Source of the DNA: Nitrospirota bacterium | Lineage (GTDB): Bacteria; Nitrospirota; Nitrospiria; Nitrospirales; Nitrospiraceae | Direction: 5' to 3' | DNA length: 64,000 bases | NCBI GenBank assembly: GCA_963701855.1 | Contig: CAVPBK010000009.1 | Coordinates: forward strand, 320,001-384,000 | In this document: positions 61,190-64,000 of the stretch, in pieces | How positions within the stretch are numbered: the stretch's first letter is position 1 | How the letters are laid out: each line of letters starts with the position of its first letter | Notes under the pieces: model-generated | Database searches by the model: none | Seen by the model: only the letters and a program-made list of their open reading frames with translations | What the model was told of the DNA's origin: nothing | Made by a program: the position numbers and the translations under genes

Positions 61190-62536
61190 ATGATGCGCAC
61201 ACTCATCATCGACGACGAAGAATACGTTCGCTTGGTGTTGGAGCAGGCGCTCCGCGAGGAAGGCTGTGAGGTGACCGCCGTTACTCACGGGGCGGCGGGC
61301 ATCGAGGCCCTGCAGACCACATCGTTCGAATGCGTCATTACCGATCTCCGTATGCCGGGCCTCGACGGTCGAGCCGTCTTGAAGTGGGTCCGCGAGCATC
61401 AACCGGACGTGGACGTCCTGATGCTAACAGGCCATGGCGACGTCAAAGACGCGGTCGAGGCCATTAAGCAAGGCGCCTGGGACTTTCTGGTCAAGGATAC
61501 GCCTTTCGACGCCGCAGCAATCAAAGCCGCATTGGCCAGACTCACCACCGTGCGCGCCCTCCGCAAAGAGAACTTGGCGGCGCGGCATGGCGGCTTCACC
61601 CGCGATGTCATCATCGAAGGACCAAGTCAGGTTTGGCAAAAACTCAAGGCCCAGATCGCGCAGATCGCTCCCTCCAATGCGCCGGTCCTCATTCAGGGGA
61701 AAACCGGCTCGGGCAAAGAAATCGCAGCGCGGCTGCTTCATGACCTCAGCCGGCGATCCAGTGGACCATTTCTTGCCGTGAACTGCGGAGCCGTGAGCCG
61801 CGAACTCTTAGAGAGCGAACTCTTCGGCCATGAAAAGGGCGCGTTTACCGGCGCGACCGCCGCAAAGCCTGGACTCATCGCCGCCGCTGAAGGGGGCACG
61901 CTATTTCTGGATGAACTGGGCGAGATGTCGGGCCCGATGCAGGTGAGTCTGTTACGCTTCCTGGATCGAGGCGAATACCGCCCCGTCGGCAGCACGCGCA
62001 CGTTCCAGGCGAACGTCCGTGTTATCGGAGCCACGAATCAGGACATCCAAGAACTCGTGCACCAAGGTCGCTTCCGTGACGACCTGCTCTACCGAATCAA
62101 TACCGTCACCCTGCGCGTACCTCAGCTCCACGAGCGAAAAGAAGACCTTCCGAAACTTGCAGAACACATCCTCTCGACCCTGCGTCTCTCTGGAATTACG
62201 AAACGAACTATCTCACCTGAGGGCGTGCAGACGCTTAGCACCCACAGTTGGCCCGGCAACGTGCGTGAACTGCGGAATGTGCTTGAGGGAATTGTGCTGA
62301 TGAGCAATCGAACTGGCCCGATCGGTCCAGAAGAGGTTCTCGCGCTATTGCCGAAAACCCGGAGCTCGTCTCAGACGGGAGACCAGAGTCATCTTTCCCT
62401 GGAAGAGATTGAACGGCTGCATATCGAGCGCGTCCTCGATGCCAGCGGCGGCAACAAGACCCAGACGGCAAAAACGCTTGACATCGATTACAAAACACTC
62501 CTCACCAAACTGAAGAAATACGGACTCGCCACGTAA
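61190..62536 (+). CDS. NtrC-family sigma54 response regulator
   Basis: REC domain (IIDDE, TDLRMP), GAFTGA, Fis HTH. Confidence 0.94.
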   Translation: MMRTLIIDDEEYVRLVLEQALREEGCEVTAVTHGAAGIEALQTTSFECVITDLRMPGLDGRAVLKWVREHQPDVDVLMLTGHGDVKDAVEAIKQGAWDFLVKDTPFDAAAIKAALARLTTVRALRKENLAARHGGFTRDVIIEGPSQVWQKLKAQIAQIAPSNAPVLIQGKTGSGKEIAARLLHDLSRRSSGPFLAVNCGAVSRELLESELFGHEKGAFTGATAAKPGLIAAAEGGTLFLDELGEMSGPMQVSLLRFLDRGEYRPVGSTRTFQANVRVIGATNQDIQELVHQGRFRDDLLYRINTVTLRVPQLHERKEDLPKLAEHILSTLRLSGITKRTISPEGVQTLSTHSWPGNVRELRNVLEGIVLMSNRTGPIGPEEVLALLPKTRSSSQTGDQSHLSLEEIERLHIERVLDASGGNKTQTAKTLDIDYKTLLTKLKKYGLAT

Positions 62537-62618
62537 CCTAAGCCGGCCTCGTTAAACGTAAAAAGTAAAACGTACAACGTTTCGGCTTTCGGAGGTTTGA
62601 TCTGTCTGCAAGGGTGCG

Positions 62619-62942
62619 TTATGCGGCAGTGCGCTTGCGGGTCGTCCGTCTTGACCGCGAAGCGAGACTAGACTTTCGCTCGCGAAGACGGCCGGTCGCG
62701 AACTTGTGCAGGACGCTCGCCATGAGGGTCTGATACGGTATACCTTCCTCACTCGCTCGCGCCTGGATATCCGCTAGATCGACCGTGGACATGCGGATGT
62801 TCACACGACGGTTTTTGGTCAAGGTGGCACGTGCGTATTCTCGGTAGCGGCGCAGTGATACTTCCGTGGTCACAACCGATTTGAGCATGCCGCGCTCGTA
62901 TGCGGAGAGAATCTGCTTCTCGTATCGGTCAAGTCTCTTCAT
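62619..62942 (-). CDS. BrnA/CopG-like antitoxin
   Basis: KNRRVNIRM...EGIPYQTLMASVLHKF. Confidence 0.87.
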   Translation of the reverse strand: MKRLDRYEKQILSAYERGMLKSVVTTEVSLRRYREYARATLTKNRRVNIRMSTVDLADIQARASEEGIPYQTLMASVLHKFATGRLRERKSSLASRSRRTTRKRTAA

Positions 62943-63220
62943 GGCTTATCCTTTCTGCCATAGTCCCGCGTGGCTTTCCGGCTTGGGATAATGGTCTTGA
63001 GAAACAGATAGTCGGCCTCTTCCACGTGAGGAACGAGATAGACATACTCCATAACCGCCACAACAAGCACTTTTTGGTTCGGATACTGCCTTGGATTCGG
63101 GTGCATGAGAACATCAAGGAGCCCGTCTGATTCGAGCGCCAGAACAACATCTTCAAACGAAATACCCCGTGACTGCTTCAGTTGTTCATTCTTCTTCTCG
63201 CTCCAACGATATGTTCTCAC
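62939..63220 (-). CDS. BrnT-like toxin
   Basis: WSEKKNEQLKQSRGISFED, YVYLVP, FLKTIIPSRKAT; GTG start. Confidence 0.87.
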   Translation of the reverse strand: MRTYRWSEKKNEQLKQSRGISFEDVVLALESDGLLDVLMHPNPRQYPNQKVLVVAVMEYVYLVPHVEEADYLFLKTIIPSRKATRDYGRKDKP

Positions 63221-63344
63221 GTCGCTATGATAGCTCACAGGTGTGCCTTTTGTCATCACCTGATATGGTTACTGTTTCTGGCAACACGCACATCAAATAT
63301 ACACACGCATATCGTGAGGCGAGGAATTCAGCCGGTTGCTTTTC

Positions 63345-63390
63345 TTTGCTTGGTTGAATCAGACTATCCAGCTAAACCAGATAGACCGCA
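63345..63390. repeat. Degenerate 9-mer element
   Basis: TTGGTTGAATCAGACTATCCAGCTAAACCAGATAGACC. Confidence 0.55.
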
Positions 63391-63484
63391 AACGACGAGG
63401 ACCGAACTCGGTGGGCAACTGGCTGGACTGAATCATGTTCACACCTAAACTGCTCCTGATACCGATGTCTACCCATGATGATAT

Positions 63485-64000
63485 TCATGGCAACATTCGA
63501 AGTACTTCGGCAAAACGGTCGGCGATTCGGCTCCAGCCTCGCGGAGTCGGATGCAGTTCATTCGCCCACCAGTCTTTATAGTCTCGGCCAGTTGAGAGCG
63601 AGTTCCTTAAATCGATATAGTGAACATGCCGGTATTGCGAAAGAGCGGCAACTCCCGCGAGCATTGTGTTGAAGCGCTCAATCAACTCGTGTGCAATCTG
63701 AATGCAAGAAGGCAGATCGCCGAAACCCTTTTCGCGGAATCCTGGTTCCAGCCAAGGCCCTGGCAAAGGCCCCCAACCACCCATAAAGCCTCGGCCATCC
63801 GGGACAGGGTAATCGTACCCATGAACAAGAATCGGCAGGGGTTGTCCCGTTAATTCCCTGCTTACCTCGGTAACGGCGGTCAAGACCGTTACATACGCAA
63901 TTTCGATGCGTGTATTAATGACGCCCACTACAATGTTGCTGTTTAAGCCTGCGATTGACGAACGGGCATGATTCAGCAACATGCCAAACTCGTTACCAGC
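63485..64000 (-). CDS. SGNH/GDSL-like hydrolase, 5' partial
   Basis: HGYDYP and WANELHPT; runs off the window. Confidence 0.75.
   Translation of the reverse strand, partial: AGNEFGMLLNHARSSIAGLNSNIVVGVINTRIEIAYVTVLTAVTEVSRELTGQPLPILVHGYDYPVPDGRGFMGGWGPLPGPWLEPGFREKGFGDLPSCIQIAHELIERFNTMLAGVAALSQYRHVHYIDLRNSLSTGRDYKDWWANELHPTPRGWSRIADRFAEVLRMLP

Overview
This is a roughly 58% GC bacterial window, probably from Nitrospira/Nitrospirota (inferred from gene families and repeats, not tested). It has four blocks. (1) 1-30.7 kb: a sulfatase locus with three arylsulfatases, one sulfatase remnant, an FGE/SUMF1-family protein, a 2H-HAD fusion, expanded lipoprotein families (DUF3313 x3, DUF4136 x2, DUF4410, SYLF) and four outer-membrane barrels, two of them disrupted. 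PIN toxin-antitoxin pairs flank it, and several families of palindromic non-coding elements are scattered through it. (2) 30.7-39.7 kb, minus strand: a molybdate uptake operon (modABC, mop, XRE-PBP regulator) with an extra porin / atypical ModA / lipoprotein trio. (3) 39.9-56.5 kb, plus strand, divergent from block 2: a sulfur-starvation super-operon with YezD followed by a tandem RNA-like hairpin, a paralogous and Cys/Met-depleted porin / ModA-like / lipoprotein trio, sbp-cysTWA, an SfnR-like sigma54 activator, DsrE-ThiS-CysK-MoeB, a family 2A encapsulin with its cysteine desulfurase cargo, and cysE. (4) 56.5-64 kb: a divergent sigma54 two-component locus, a BrnT/BrnA-like pair and a partial SGNH hydrolase. 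The best candidates for something undescribed are the mirrored porin-ModA-like-lipoprotein oxyanion modules, the YezD tandem hairpin, the encapsulin linked to a sulfur-carrier cysteine pathway, and a possible sigma54-driven sRNA. All assignments come from reading motifs by eye; no searches were run. Several single-base frameshifts may be assembly errors.
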